A stretch of DNA of 34,621 nt from a virus (taxonomy: Duplodnaviria; Heunggongvirae; Uroviricota; Caudoviricetes). The stretch lies in the IMG/VR virus record IMGVR_UViG_2778261697_000003; one strand, written 5' to 3'. The position numbers and the translations under genes were made by a program. The notes beneath the pieces were generated by a model. The model did not search any database, was not told where the DNA came from, and saw only the letters and a list, made by a program, of their open reading frames with translations. Numbering within the stretch: position 1 is the first letter of the stretch; the number at the start of each line of letters is the position of its first letter. Of this stretch, positions 9,759 to 18,813 are shown in pieces.

Positions 9759-9777
9759 AAAAAAAGCCCTTACGGGC
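9759..9777 (-). terminator. Candidate partial intrinsic terminator downstream of the major capsid gene
   Basis: Minus strand GCCCGTAAGGGC followed by TTTTTTT; a second 7-bp hairpin (9729-9747) lies just before the next gene's RBS. The first stem is only 4 bp, so it is weak. Confidence 0.35.
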
Positions 9778-9801
9778 CATCAGAGTTGTTGTCTGCGACG
9801 T

Positions 9802-11760
9802 TTACGCCGTACATTTCACCAGACCGCGGTGATCAACTGGCGCGACACCGGCGTCAATACGCACTTTCGTTGTCACGCCATCCACACTGAAGCCCTCCAT
9901 CTGATCAATATATGGCGTATCCACACCGTTGAGATAAGCCACTTCAATCGTATCGGAGCCTTTTGACGCAGCCAGGTAGAAGGTGGTCTGGCTGTTATCA
10001 TCAAGACGAGGCTCTGCAATAACGGTCGCAAAATCTTTCACCGGGTTAATAATACCGGCGTTAATGTCAGCCCCCTTGACACTTGAGGAGCGAATGACCT
10101 GGTTAGCAACAGATTCCATCGCCGTCGGTACCAGTACGAACGCAGGACGAATATTCAGATGACGCTCCCCCTCTTTCTGAACGCGCATCAACTGGCGGGC
10201 TTTATCCAGCGATGCCACGTCCATTGCAGCGCTCTCCAGTACGTTTGCATGTTTCGCTTTATCGAACAGGCTTACATTATCTGTGGAGATTTTCGGGTTA
10301 GACGTCAGAATGGCATAAACCAGATCGGCAATAGTGGATTTCGCCGCACGGCCCAGCTTCATCGGGACATCGGTCAGCATATTCAGATCATCATTGATAA
10401 TGGCCTGACGGGTGATACTGAACAGCTCGCCATAGGTCGCCAGTGCAATAGTGGCCTGTTTATCTCCGGTGGTGACGTATTTATATTCCGCCCCTTCACG
10501 CACCTGACGCAGAGCACTGAAGCCCCCCATACCCACACGATGGGCAATTTTAAAATCAGACAACTGGCCTTTCCGCGTCCACTGTTCATAGGTTTCAGGG
10601 GCATCTTCCCAGCCCTGCAGAATGGCTTTGTTCGCAACATCCAGCAGAATATTACCGAAGTCAGACGTACTGTGTGTGAACGCCGCACCGACCATCTGCA
10701 TCGGGTTATAACTGGAAACCCCAATACCCCGTTCAATCAGTGACATACGGGCATATTCACGCAGGGTCATCCCGTTGTAGACATTATCACGTTCGGTTTT
10801 TTCAAATCCGGCACGCGCCATCAGCGCCTGGCGGATCCCGTCCCCCACAAAATTACCGTTACCGGCATAAATATGAGCCGGGGTATTTTTATTGGATGGC
10901 GTGGACTCTCGCCCCATCTCGTTCAACAGCTTCTCGCGGGCCTGCTCCAGCGAACACTCAGGATCGGCAAGGCACTGAGCCTGCAGCGCCTGATAACGCC
11001 CGCCAAACATGGCAAACAGATCATTAATACCGTTTACACGCGCTTTTTGCTCTGCCAGTACCTGCGCACGGATGCTGTTTTCATCCACCACGGGTGCTGC
11101 TGCCTGCACTGGCGTCCGGGGGGCTGCTGGTTCATCATCCGGTACGCGTGGAGCACTGTTGCGTGGCGGAGTAATCATGTTTCGAATAGATTCCGGCATC
11201 TTTTTAAATTCCTCTGTACGTTTTGACTGAATACATGCCATTGCCTTAACGGCTGGCGTTACCTGGTCAGCAAATCCATGAGCCAGACATTCGGCTCCGG
11301 ACATCCAGGTCTCATCCGCCAGCATGGCAGCAATTTCATCGGTGGTTTTCCCGGTTTTCTGTGCATAAGCGGGTAAGAGAACCGCCTCAACTTTATCGAG
11401 CAGGTCGGCATAGGTGCGCATGTCCTCCGCATCACCGCCCGTAAAGCCAAATGGTTTATGAATCATCATGAAAGTGTTTTCCGGCATAATGACCGGGTTT
11501 CCCACCATCGCAATGACCGACGCCATTGATGCCGCCACTCCGTCGACATAAACGGTAATGGACGCACCATGTGTTTTCAGTGCATTAAAAATGGCGATGC
11601 CTTCAAAGACATCGCCACCCGGTGAATTGATATGGAGATTAATGTGGGTGATATCGCCCAGTGCATTCAGATCACTGATAAACTGCTTCGCCGTAACACC
11701 CCAGAAACCAATCTCGTCATAAATATAAATATCCGCGTCACTCTGATGACCAGCCTGCAT
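9802..11760 (-). CDS. Fused prohead protease (ClpP/S49-like), scaffold and major capsid protein
   Basis: Start at MQAGHQSDADIYIYDEIGFWG (11758-11760), 14 nt after the portal stop; N-terminal ClpP-like motifs (INSPGGDVFEG, GVAASMASVIA); Ala/Pro/Gln-rich linker; C-terminal about 300 aa HK97-fold-like capsid region. Confidence 0.7.
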   Translation of the reverse strand: MQAGHQSDADIYIYDEIGFWGVTAKQFISDLNALGDITHINLHINSPGGDVFEGIAIFNALKTHGASITVYVDGVAASMASVIAMVGNPVIMPENTFMMIHKPFGFTGGDAEDMRTYADLLDKVEAVLLPAYAQKTGKTTDEIAAMLADETWMSGAECLAHGFADQVTPAVKAMACIQSKRTEEFKKMPESIRNMITPPRNSAPRVPDDEPAAPRTPVQAAAPVVDENSIRAQVLAEQKARVNGINDLFAMFGGRYQALQAQCLADPECSLEQAREKLLNEMGRESTPSNKNTPAHIYAGNGNFVGDGIRQALMARAGFEKTERDNVYNGMTLREYARMSLIERGIGVSSYNPMQMVGAAFTHSTSDFGNILLDVANKAILQGWEDAPETYEQWTRKGQLSDFKIAHRVGMGGFSALRQVREGAEYKYVTTGDKQATIALATYGELFSITRQAIINDDLNMLTDVPMKLGRAAKSTIADLVYAILTSNPKISTDNVSLFDKAKHANVLESAAMDVASLDKARQLMRVQKEGERHLNIRPAFVLVPTAMESVANQVIRSSSVKGADINAGIINPVKDFATVIAEPRLDDNSQTTFYLAASKGSDTIEVAYLNGVDTPYIDQMEGFSVDGVTTKVRIDAGVAPVDHRGLVKCTA

Positions 11761-11773
11761 CCTGAACCAGGAA

Positions 11774-13282
11774 TTATTCTTCGGACTGGTTGTTGGTGTG
11801 CTGCGGCTCCTGTCGTTTCGTTGCGGCACTGCTACCTCCTTTATCACTGGCCGGATCGGTATCAAATACCAGATCCAGCTTGCGGTTTTCATCAATTTCG
11901 GCCTTGCGCCGACGTTTGACATCATCCGGATTACGACCACCAGCACGTACCCAGTCTGATTCTGTCGCCGCTCCACCACGAATCTGGATTTTCCAGGCCT
12001 CAGCCTCCTTAACAGGGTCAATCCACGGCATCACCGGTCCGGAATACACCGCGGTATACAGTGAAGAACGGTCAAGATCGCGGGGTAGCCTGATAACACC
12101 GGATGCCACAGCCTGTTTCAGCCAGGCACGGTACATCGGGCGGGTGACGGCACCAATAAACCAGTCCTGCAGGATCAGGTAGCCATCAGTGGATTCAACC
12201 AGCTCCTGACGCTGGGCGCTGTAAGTGCCGTTATAGTTGCGCGCAGTACTGGAAAAACTCAGACGACTGCCAGCCGCCACTGCACGCAACTGACCATTAC
12301 GAAAAGTTTCAAGATTAGGATTGGGGCGATCCGACTTCACCATTCCGATTTCTTCGCCGGGTTTCAGATCGTCGTAAATAATGCCTGGCTGAATGGTAAG
12401 CTCGCGTTCCTTATCCTTGCTGCCATTACCATCCGGTTCATAGCTCTGTCCGTCGCCTTTGCGGATGTACATCCCCAGAGCAGCGGCGATCCTTGCTGCA
12501 GTCAGCTCAGAATCTTCATACTCTTTCAGGGCACTGAGGCGGATCAACACACCGGACAACAAAGACGTCCCGCGCATCTGGTGCAGACGGCGAACAAATT
12601 TAAGATGCAGCATTCGCTCTGCATCCACTTCTTTGGTTTCCATCTGCCGTCCGGATACGGGACGGCTTTTATACACCAGATATTTTTCGGGACGCCCCCA
12701 GTCATCAACAAACACGCCCTGATTCAGCCTGTTGCTCTCATCACTGGTCATGGGAATAAAGTCCGGCTCGAGCGCCTCCAGCCAGAAATGAACACCGGCA
12801 GAAGGCGTCAGGCTGTTTATGCGCCCGGAAACCATCTGGGCAAACACCTCACCATCGCGCAGCCAGGTACGCAGCATCAGACGTTCCAGCATCGGACGGG
12901 TAAACTGCCCGGTGACTTCCGGGCTGACAGACCATTCACTCCATCGGGTGCGAATCTCCGCAGCCAGGTCACGGGCAATGGCTCCATTGCGTAATACCGG
13001 ATGTGGCTCGACAATAATGCCGTTTTTCCCCACCACCCGTTCTTCCAGCTTGTCAAATACACCAATAACCAGATCGTGGTTGTTATCAAGGTAACGGGCC
13101 TGCTCACGTAACGACACGGCCCCGTACTGGCTTAACTGGTCGGCAGTTCGGTTTTCCCGCCGGGCTTTGTGTGTCCGCGTCGTTTTTACGGCCTCATAAG
13201 CCTGGATCACCGCACGGGAACGCAGCCTTGCCGCTTTCCATCCTGGTGAAAAAACGCCAATCACATCATCAAGAATTGCCAT
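11774..13282 (-). CDS. Portal protein (lambda gpB family)
   Basis: About 502 aa from MAILDDVIGVFSPGWK (13280-13282, TGATG overlap with the preceding gene); follows the terminase and W-like gene as in lambda. Confidence 0.8.
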   Translation of the reverse strand: MAILDDVIGVFSPGWKAARLRSRAVIQAYEAVKTTRTHKARRENRTADQLSQYGAVSLREQARYLDNNHDLVIGVFDKLEERVVGKNGIIVEPHPVLRNGAIARDLAAEIRTRWSEWSVSPEVTGQFTRPMLERLMLRTWLRDGEVFAQMVSGRINSLTPSAGVHFWLEALEPDFIPMTSDESNRLNQGVFVDDWGRPEKYLVYKSRPVSGRQMETKEVDAERMLHLKFVRRLHQMRGTSLLSGVLIRLSALKEYEDSELTAARIAAALGMYIRKGDGQSYEPDGNGSKDKERELTIQPGIIYDDLKPGEEIGMVKSDRPNPNLETFRNGQLRAVAAGSRLSFSSTARNYNGTYSAQRQELVESTDGYLILQDWFIGAVTRPMYRAWLKQAVASGVIRLPRDLDRSSLYTAVYSGPVMPWIDPVKEAEAWKIQIRGGAATESDWVRAGGRNPDDVKRRRKAEIDENRKLDLVFDTDPASDKGGSSAATKRQEPQHTNNQSEE

Positions 13283-13500
13283 CAGAACCTCGCCAGCCGG
13301 TACCCGGGATGCCCCCGTCGTCGTGTAATCAGAGCCGCAAGGCGGCGCTCCCACTCCTGCCGTCCCTGCCGGATCTCAGATAAGTTTTCCATGGTCATCT
13401 GCTGACCATTAAAGGTGACGGATTTTCCGTCCAGCACCGCCATTTCAGCTTCCGTATAACGCTGAATCATGGCTTCGATATCATTCTGGTTCATAACCAT
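13282..13500 (-). CDS. W: Head-tail joining / head completion protein (gpW-like)
   Basis: 72 aa; lies between the terminase large subunit and portal as lambda W does; C-terminal ...RRRGHPGY resembles the lambda gpW C-terminus. Confidence 0.6.
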   Translation of the reverse strand: MVMNQNDIEAMIQRYTEAEMAVLDGKSVTFNGQQMTMENLSEIRQGRQEWERRLAALITRRRGHPGYRLARF

Positions 13501-15593
13501 CCTCCGGAAGTCAGCCAGGGGTTAACATCGTCAGTTACTGTTTTCTTCCGTTTTTGTTTTTTAACAGGCGTGGATACCGGTTCCGGTGTGGGTGACGGTT
13601 CGGTACTGTCCGGGACACACTCCAGCCAGGTTTCCCGGCTCGCCCACTCCGGTGCATCCGGCCAGCGGATCTTTTCGTATCCATGCAGAATGACCAGAGC
13701 CTCGGCATACACCATCAGGTCAAAAGCTTCGTTGGCACCGCGACCCGGCTTACTCCATTTCCCGTCACTGCTCCGCTCTTCATACGTCAGTTCGTCGTAA
13801 AACCAGCTCCCCAGCCAGTCAGGGAAATGCACATAGCCTGGACCTGGCGAGTCACGCCATAACGCGTTATTCACCCGGTCTTTCAGGGCATCCGTCTGAA
13901 GAAGCCAGAGCGGCACATCACCTGCGGCCTGCGCCCGGCGGCCCGTTCGTCCGGTGTTATCAGGGAATGTACGGCTGATCAGTTTTGCGCGCCGGATGCT
14001 GTCACCCTTAAACAGGTAAATACGTTTACCAAGGCCATCACGACGGCAACGACGCCAGAATTTATAGGCATTATCAGTGACCCCGTCTTCACCGCCGGAG
14101 TCCACCGCCATTGCCATCAGTCGCATTTGTTGAGAAGGATCGGAGGCCAGCGGCCAGCTTTTATGAAAAACATCCGTCAGCAGGACATCCCAGTCTTCCG
14201 GATAGCTGGCCGGATCAATTCGCTGGCTCTCCCCGTCTCTGTCACCGCGCAATGACTGCGTGATGTTGTAACGATCAATAATCCAGCGTTCGCCACGGCT
14301 GCCATAGCCCGTTACCTGAACCACAAAACGGCGATGACGTCCCGCCTGCACATCCACTGTCGCCACAAGGAAATTAACGCCATCCGGCACACTGCGGGAA
14401 GGAACTGGCTCTGCCCGCTGCTCAAGCAGTTCACTTTTTCGTTGCTCCATGCTGGCGCGGGGAAGATAAGGTAATCCCCAGTCGGTATTGATAACCGTCT
14501 TGAGTGTTTCTTCACTTCCGGTTGTCTCGTATTCCTGTTCTGCAGTAAGCAGTTTGTAAACGAGTTGCGAGAGTGTCTGGTAAGCAGCTGCCGGACCCTC
14601 CATCCAGAATGACGCAATACGTGAGCGTCGGGGATCACCATAACGACTGCCATCCGCATTGATGGATTCACCATCCCGCAACCAGACCCCACGTCCGTTC
14701 AGCTCACGTTTTTGTTCAGGCATAATCCGTCCTGAACAGGAAGGACACTGAATATAAGCCGCCTCACTTGCCAGCACGGGATCGGCAATATCACGGAAAC
14801 CAGCAACCACATCGCCGCAGGGCTGAAAATACTCACCACAGTGTGGACAGGGCCAGTACCAGCGACGGCGATCGCCACGGTTATAGAGCGACAGTATCCC
14901 CGTGGTTGGTGGAGCCTCATGCGGTGAAGTCCGTCGCCATTTCACATCCTTCACATCCCTGCCGGGGGAACTCTCCACCAGCGTCATACCACTGGACATA
15001 AATGTTGTGGTACGTTTTGAGGCAAGAGAGAAAGCATCCCCCTCGCCATCAATATCTTCCGGAAAACGGTCATAATCCGTCAGCGCGACGCATTTATAAT
15101 CTGATGAGGACATGATATTGACTGACGGCCAGCCGATTTTCAGGTAGTTACCAGCAAGGAATGTTCTGTCATAAACGTTGTTGTCATTTTTGTTCGGACT
15201 CAGGCGACTGACCACTTCCGGGCTGACGCGAAACGTTCTGGCAAGTCGTTTTTTGGAGTGTTCGCGGGCTTTTTCCTCCGTCATCTGAATGATCAGCATA
15301 TCCGCAGGATCGCAAATCACGTTGTAAATCACCCAGCCGTCAATCAGGCCGATAGTCTTGCCGGTTCGTGCCGGGCCAACAAATATCACTGCGTCGTATT
15401 CACGCGAGGCCAGGCAGTTCATCGGCTCAATAACATACGGTGCCACCAGCGGATCCCACGGGACTGAGTTCCCGGCCCCCATGGGCACCCGCATATATTG
15501 AGCAACGGCATCAGCAACCTGCATTCGTCTCGGTGCGCGAAGGATATAACCTGAATCGGTTCGTGCTGCCTTTGCGGTTTCCTGATTCAGCAT
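13491..15593 (-). CDS. Terminase large subunit (lambda gpA family)
   Basis: 700 aa; Walker A-like VGPARTGKT; CPHCGEYFQP zinc-ribbon-like motif as in lambda gpA (CPHCGEE); position after Nu1. Confidence 0.9.
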   Translation of the reverse strand: MLNQETAKAARTDSGYILRAPRRMQVADAVAQYMRVPMGAGNSVPWDPLVAPYVIEPMNCLASREYDAVIFVGPARTGKTIGLIDGWVIYNVICDPADMLIIQMTEEKAREHSKKRLARTFRVSPEVVSRLSPNKNDNNVYDRTFLAGNYLKIGWPSVNIMSSSDYKCVALTDYDRFPEDIDGEGDAFSLASKRTTTFMSSGMTLVESSPGRDVKDVKWRRTSPHEAPPTTGILSLYNRGDRRRWYWPCPHCGEYFQPCGDVVAGFRDIADPVLASEAAYIQCPSCSGRIMPEQKRELNGRGVWLRDGESINADGSRYGDPRRSRIASFWMEGPAAAYQTLSQLVYKLLTAEQEYETTGSEETLKTVINTDWGLPYLPRASMEQRKSELLEQRAEPVPSRSVPDGVNFLVATVDVQAGRHRRFVVQVTGYGSRGERWIIDRYNITQSLRGDRDGESQRIDPASYPEDWDVLLTDVFHKSWPLASDPSQQMRLMAMAVDSGGEDGVTDNAYKFWRRCRRDGLGKRIYLFKGDSIRRAKLISRTFPDNTGRTGRRAQAAGDVPLWLLQTDALKDRVNNALWRDSPGPGYVHFPDWLGSWFYDELTYEERSSDGKWSKPGRGANEAFDLMVYAEALVILHGYEKIRWPDAPEWASRETWLECVPDSTEPSPTPEPVSTPVKKQKRKKTVTDDVNPWLTSGGWL

Positions 15594-16087
15594 TACTCCT
15601 CCTGCTGTAATTCCTCCTCATCATCCGCACCTGCTTCGGTCACCCGCAGGGCTATCTGATCGCGCAGATCATCAATAATGGACTGAACACGGCTCACAGC
15701 GGCAGGCTGCAGACCGCAGTCACGTTCCAGAATATCCGGTAATGTCTCCAGCACCTGCACGACCGCTTTTGCCCAGATGGCAAACTCCCGTCTGACATCA
15801 CTGGCCGGAATGAGTTGCGCCGTTTCCTGTTCGAACTTAAGACGCTCACGTTCAGACTGATACCAGGCTTTGCGCTCATGCGCGTCCATTTCGCCTTCTG
15901 CAACCGGCGGTGGTAATGCCAGAAATGCCGACACAATATCAACCACCCGATAAAGCTTGAGGTTGCTTTCATGCCCCCCTGCAACGGGTAGATTTTGCAG
16001 CCTTGCCGCAGCAGTCTGGCGATGTACACCTGACAGTGCCGCCAGTTGACTGATATTCAGCGTCAGATTTTTCAACTCTCGATCCAT
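15593..16087 (-). CDS. Terminase small subunit (Nu1-like)
   Basis: 164 aa; N-terminal HTH (LNISQLAALSGVHRQTAAARL); acidic C-terminus; first gene downstream of the cos-like site; overlaps the large subunit start. Confidence 0.75.
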   Translation of the reverse strand: MDRELKNLTLNISQLAALSGVHRQTAAARLQNLPVAGGHESNLKLYRVVDIVSAFLALPPPVAEGEMDAHERKAWYQSERERLKFEQETAQLIPASDVRREFAIWAKAVVQVLETLPDILERDCGLQPAAVSRVQSIIDDLRDQIALRVTEAGADDEEELQQEE

Positions 16088-16261
16088 ACCCGCTCCAGAA
16101 TGTTTTAAACATGCATCTTGCGAACAACTTTAGGCAAACGGTGTTAGTGATGAACAAAAAACAATCAAAATCGACACCATAAAAATAAAACCACTGTAAT
16201 ATCAATATATTAAAGTAGTGGTGATGACGAATGAAATTTCAAAAACTAGCCTTTTTCCGCG

Positions 16262-16273
16262 ACGCTCCCGCCC
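16262..16273 (-). other. Candidate cosN (cohesive-end site); cosB-like AT-rich region 16088..16261
   Basis: Minus strand ...CACG GGGCGGGAGCGT CGCGGAAAAAGGC... resembles the lambda left end GGGCGGCGACCT CGCGGGTTTTCGC (9 of 12 in the overhang, as recalled); about 175 bp upstream of Nu1 as in lambda. Confidence 0.45.
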
Positions 16274-16769
16274 CGTGGCAGGCCACCCCACCGGGAGGAC
16301 CCGTCAGCCTGACAGCTCTGACGAACGTCTGATACAACGCCTTGCATGAATGGCATCGGGATAATCCAGAAAGGCATAGCATCGTGCCCACAAGAATCTG
16401 TGTAAGTGTCCTGTTTCTTCCACCCCCGCACAGGACTGGCGAGCATGAGGGACAAACCCGCGAACCATAAACGCGGTAAAAACCCAGTGTGCATCGTTTT
16501 TGATTATTCCCTCACACTCGCGCAGAAGGAGTTCCCCGTCGGGCTACGGTCTCTGTTAATACGGGAATACGGCGACGATACAGCGCAGTTAAAAGGGTAA
16601 AGGACAGATAGAGCGGTTTATTTCATTCCACAGGATTCTGAGTGTCCCCAACTTCCTCCAATAGTCTGAGCGTACACCTATATAGTTTTAATTTTCATCA
16701 ATCCATTTAACTATCGTTTAATTGTTGTCACATAGGATTCTGCCGTTTTTAACAATGCAGGATAATAAG

Positions 16770-17063
16770 ATGAAAAAAATGTTGTTTTCTGCCGCGCTGG
16801 CAATGCTTATTACAGGATGTGCTCAACAGACGTTTACTGTTGGAAACAAACCGACAGCAGTAACACCAAAGGAAACCATCACCCATCATTTCTTCGTTTC
16901 GGGAATTGGGCAGAAGAAAACTGTCGATGCAGCAAAAATTTGTGGTGGTGCAGAAAATGTGGTTAAAACAGAAACCCAGCAAACATTCGTAAATGGATTG
17001 CTCGGTTTCATCACTTTTGGCATTTATACTCCGCTGGAAGCACGGGTATATTGCTCACAATAA
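16770..17063 (+). CDS. bor: Bor outer-membrane lipoprotein (serum-resistance-associated)
   Basis: MKKMLFSAALAMLITGCAQQTFTV...LEARVYCSQ, near-identical to lambda Bor as recalled; lipobox LITGC; antisense to late genes next to Rz as in lambda. Confidence 0.9.
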   Translation: MKKMLFSAALAMLITGCAQQTFTVGNKPTAVTPKETITHHFFVSGIGQKKTVDAAKICGGAENVVKTETQQTFVNGLLGFITFGIYTPLEARVYCSQ

Positions 17064-17094
17064 TTGCATGAGTTGCCCATCAATATGGTCAACT

Positions 17095-17556
17095 TTATCT
17101 GCACTGTTCCTTAATATACTGCTGAGTCCCTTCTAGTTGTTTCTGCATTATTATCAGTCTATCTCTGAGGGTGAAATAATTCCGTTCAGCGGTGTCTGCC
17201 AGTCGGGGGGAGGCTGCATTATCCACGCCGGAGGCGGTGGTGGCTTCACGCACTGACTGACAGACTGCTTTGATGTGCAACCGACGACGACCAGCGGCAA
17301 CATCATCACGCAGAGCATCATTTTCAGCTTTCGCATCAGCTAACTCCTTCGTGTATTTTGCATCGAGCGCAGCAACATCACGCTGGCGAAGCTGCATATC
17401 AGTAATTGTCGAGTTCGCCAGCTTCAGTTCTCTGGCGTTTTTGTCGCGCTGCTCTTTATAGGTAATGGCGTTATCACGATAATGATTAACAGCCCATGAC
17501 AGGCAGACGATGATGCAGATTATCAGAGCGGAGATAATCGCGGTGACTCTGCTCAT
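17095..17556 (-). CDS. Rz: Spanin, inner-membrane subunit Rz
   Basis: 153 aa, N-terminal TM segment, coiled-coil; near-identical to lambda Rz as recalled. Confidence 0.9.
   Translation of the reverse strand: MSRVTAIISALIICIIVCLSWAVNHYRDNAITYKEQRDKNARELKLANSTITDMQLRQRDVAALDAKYTKELADAKAENDALRDDVAAGRRRLHIKAVCQSVREATTASGVDNAASPRLADTAERNYFTLRDRLIIMQKQLEGTQQYIKEQCR
17154..17336 (-). CDS. Rz1: Spanin, outer-membrane lipoprotein subunit Rz1 (embedded in Rz, +1 frame)
   Basis: 60 aa, ...[44 protein letters not shown]..., lambda Rz1-like; lipobox VVGC; Pro-rich. Confidence 0.85.
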   Translation of the reverse strand: MRKLKMMLCVMMLPLVVVGCTSKQSVSQCVKPPPPPAWIMQPPPDWQTPLNGIISPSEID

Positions 17557-18029
17557 GCCTCAATCTCTCTGACCGTTCCGCCTGCTTCTTTGAATTTTGA
17601 AATCAGACTGTCAGCCTTATGCTCGAACTGACCATAACCAGCGCCCGGCAATGAGGCCCAGATATTGCTGCAACGGTCGATTGCCTGACGGATGTCACCG
17701 CGATCAATCATTAGTAAAGCGCCACGCTCCTTAATCTGCTGCAATGCAACAGCGTCCTGGCTTTTAGGAGAGAAGTCTGTCAGCCCTAACTGCTTGCGGT
17801 AAGCATCCCACCAGCGTGAAAGAAGTTGATAACGGCCTGCGGCTGTTGATTTGAGTTTCGGGTTTAGCGTGACAAGTTTTCGAGGGTGATCGGAGTAATC
17901 AGTGAAGAGTTCGCCACCGACAATAACGTCATAACCGTGGTTACGTGTCGGTTGTCGCCCGTTATCCGTTCCTTCTGACCATGCCACCATATCCAGGAAA
18001 GCTTTACGCTGGGAATTTAGTACCTGCAT
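17553..18029 (-). CDS. R: Endolysin R (lytic transglycosylase, lambda R family)
   Basis: 158 aa; ...[43 protein letters not shown]..., near-identical to lambda R as recalled. Confidence 0.9.
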   Translation of the reverse strand: MQVLNSQRKAFLDMVAWSEGTDNGRQPTRNHGYDVIVGGELFTDYSDHPRKLVTLNPKLKSTAAGRYQLLSRWWDAYRKQLGLTDFSPKSQDAVALQQIKERGALLMIDRGDIRQAIDRCSNIWASLPGAGYGQFEHKADSLISKFKEAGGTVREIEA

Positions 18030-18032
18030 AAA

Positions 18033-18359
18033 TTACTCCTTAGAGCCACCAAACTTATTACCGATTACTCTCATTGCAGCCCCACGAATAGCATCGACCC
18101 CGATCAGCCCAACGCCGCCACCAATGGCAACAGAAAGAGATTTAGGCCATCCGACATACTCAAGAGCGGATGCAAAAGTCAGCGTCAGAGCACCACAGAG
18201 CAAAATCTCGAGCGTTTTTCGTTTCCAGCCACCACCACCGCCAAAATAGGCAATGCGCAAGCCAGCCATAACGATCGACATAATCACTGCGCCCAGCGGT
18301 GTGTCTCCACGCCACCAGCTCTGGACCAACTCCAGCCAGGTATTTGGGTTATGAGGCAT
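18033..18359 (-). CDS. Holin (not the lambda S family)
   Basis: 108 aa with 2-3 predicted hydrophobic helices, immediately upstream of the endolysin; an upstream hairpin CACCTC...GAGGTG could sequester the RBS. Confidence 0.6.
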   Translation of the reverse strand: MPHNPNTWLELVQSWWRGDTPLGAVIMSIVMAGLRIAYFGGGGGWKRKTLEILLCGALTLTFASALEYVGWPKSLSVAIGGGVGLIGVDAIRGAAMRVIGNKFGGSKE

Positions 18360-18813
18360 TTGTAGTTATCTCTCACCTCGCCGATACAGGAGGTGCAAAT
18401 TGAGGGAGTACCACGAACCGCAAACCAGAAGCGGAAACGTAAAAGAAGCCGAGCCAATGGATAAGTGCTAGATAGACCAAGCCCAACGAATACCAAGGCC
18501 CAGAAATGACAAAACCCGCTCGACGGCAGGTTTAAGCTGTGTGGCGAAGTAACCACTCTTAACAGATTACACGATAAAATGCGGACCGCGTGAGGAAAAC
18601 TATGGTTTTTTTGAAGCGAATGAGTAAAATCAACGCCACTTTGCACATAAGTTATCCACACTGTACGTTTGCAAAATCTCATTGCTCTCTTTGAGTTTTG
18701 TAAATGCGCTAATTTTTGGACTTTTTTTGCCGATAGAATCTAACCACTTGTGTGGTAAGTTCTGAATGAATGTTACCTCTTGGTTTGAAAATTCTTAACA
18801 TAAGGACATCTGA

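Noticed and set aside
16246-16600. ORFs of 82 aa (minus) and 64 aa (plus) between cos and bor
   Set aside because: The minus ORF overlaps the cos-like site; neither has a convincing RBS or recognisable similarity. They are left unannotated rather than called.
18360-18813. Possible tRNA genes or toxin cargo in the Q-S cargo site
   Set aside because: No cloverleaf-compatible sequence (no GGTTCGAATCC-like T-loop with paired acceptor stem) was seen on either strand; the cargo gene has no similarity to Stx subunits.
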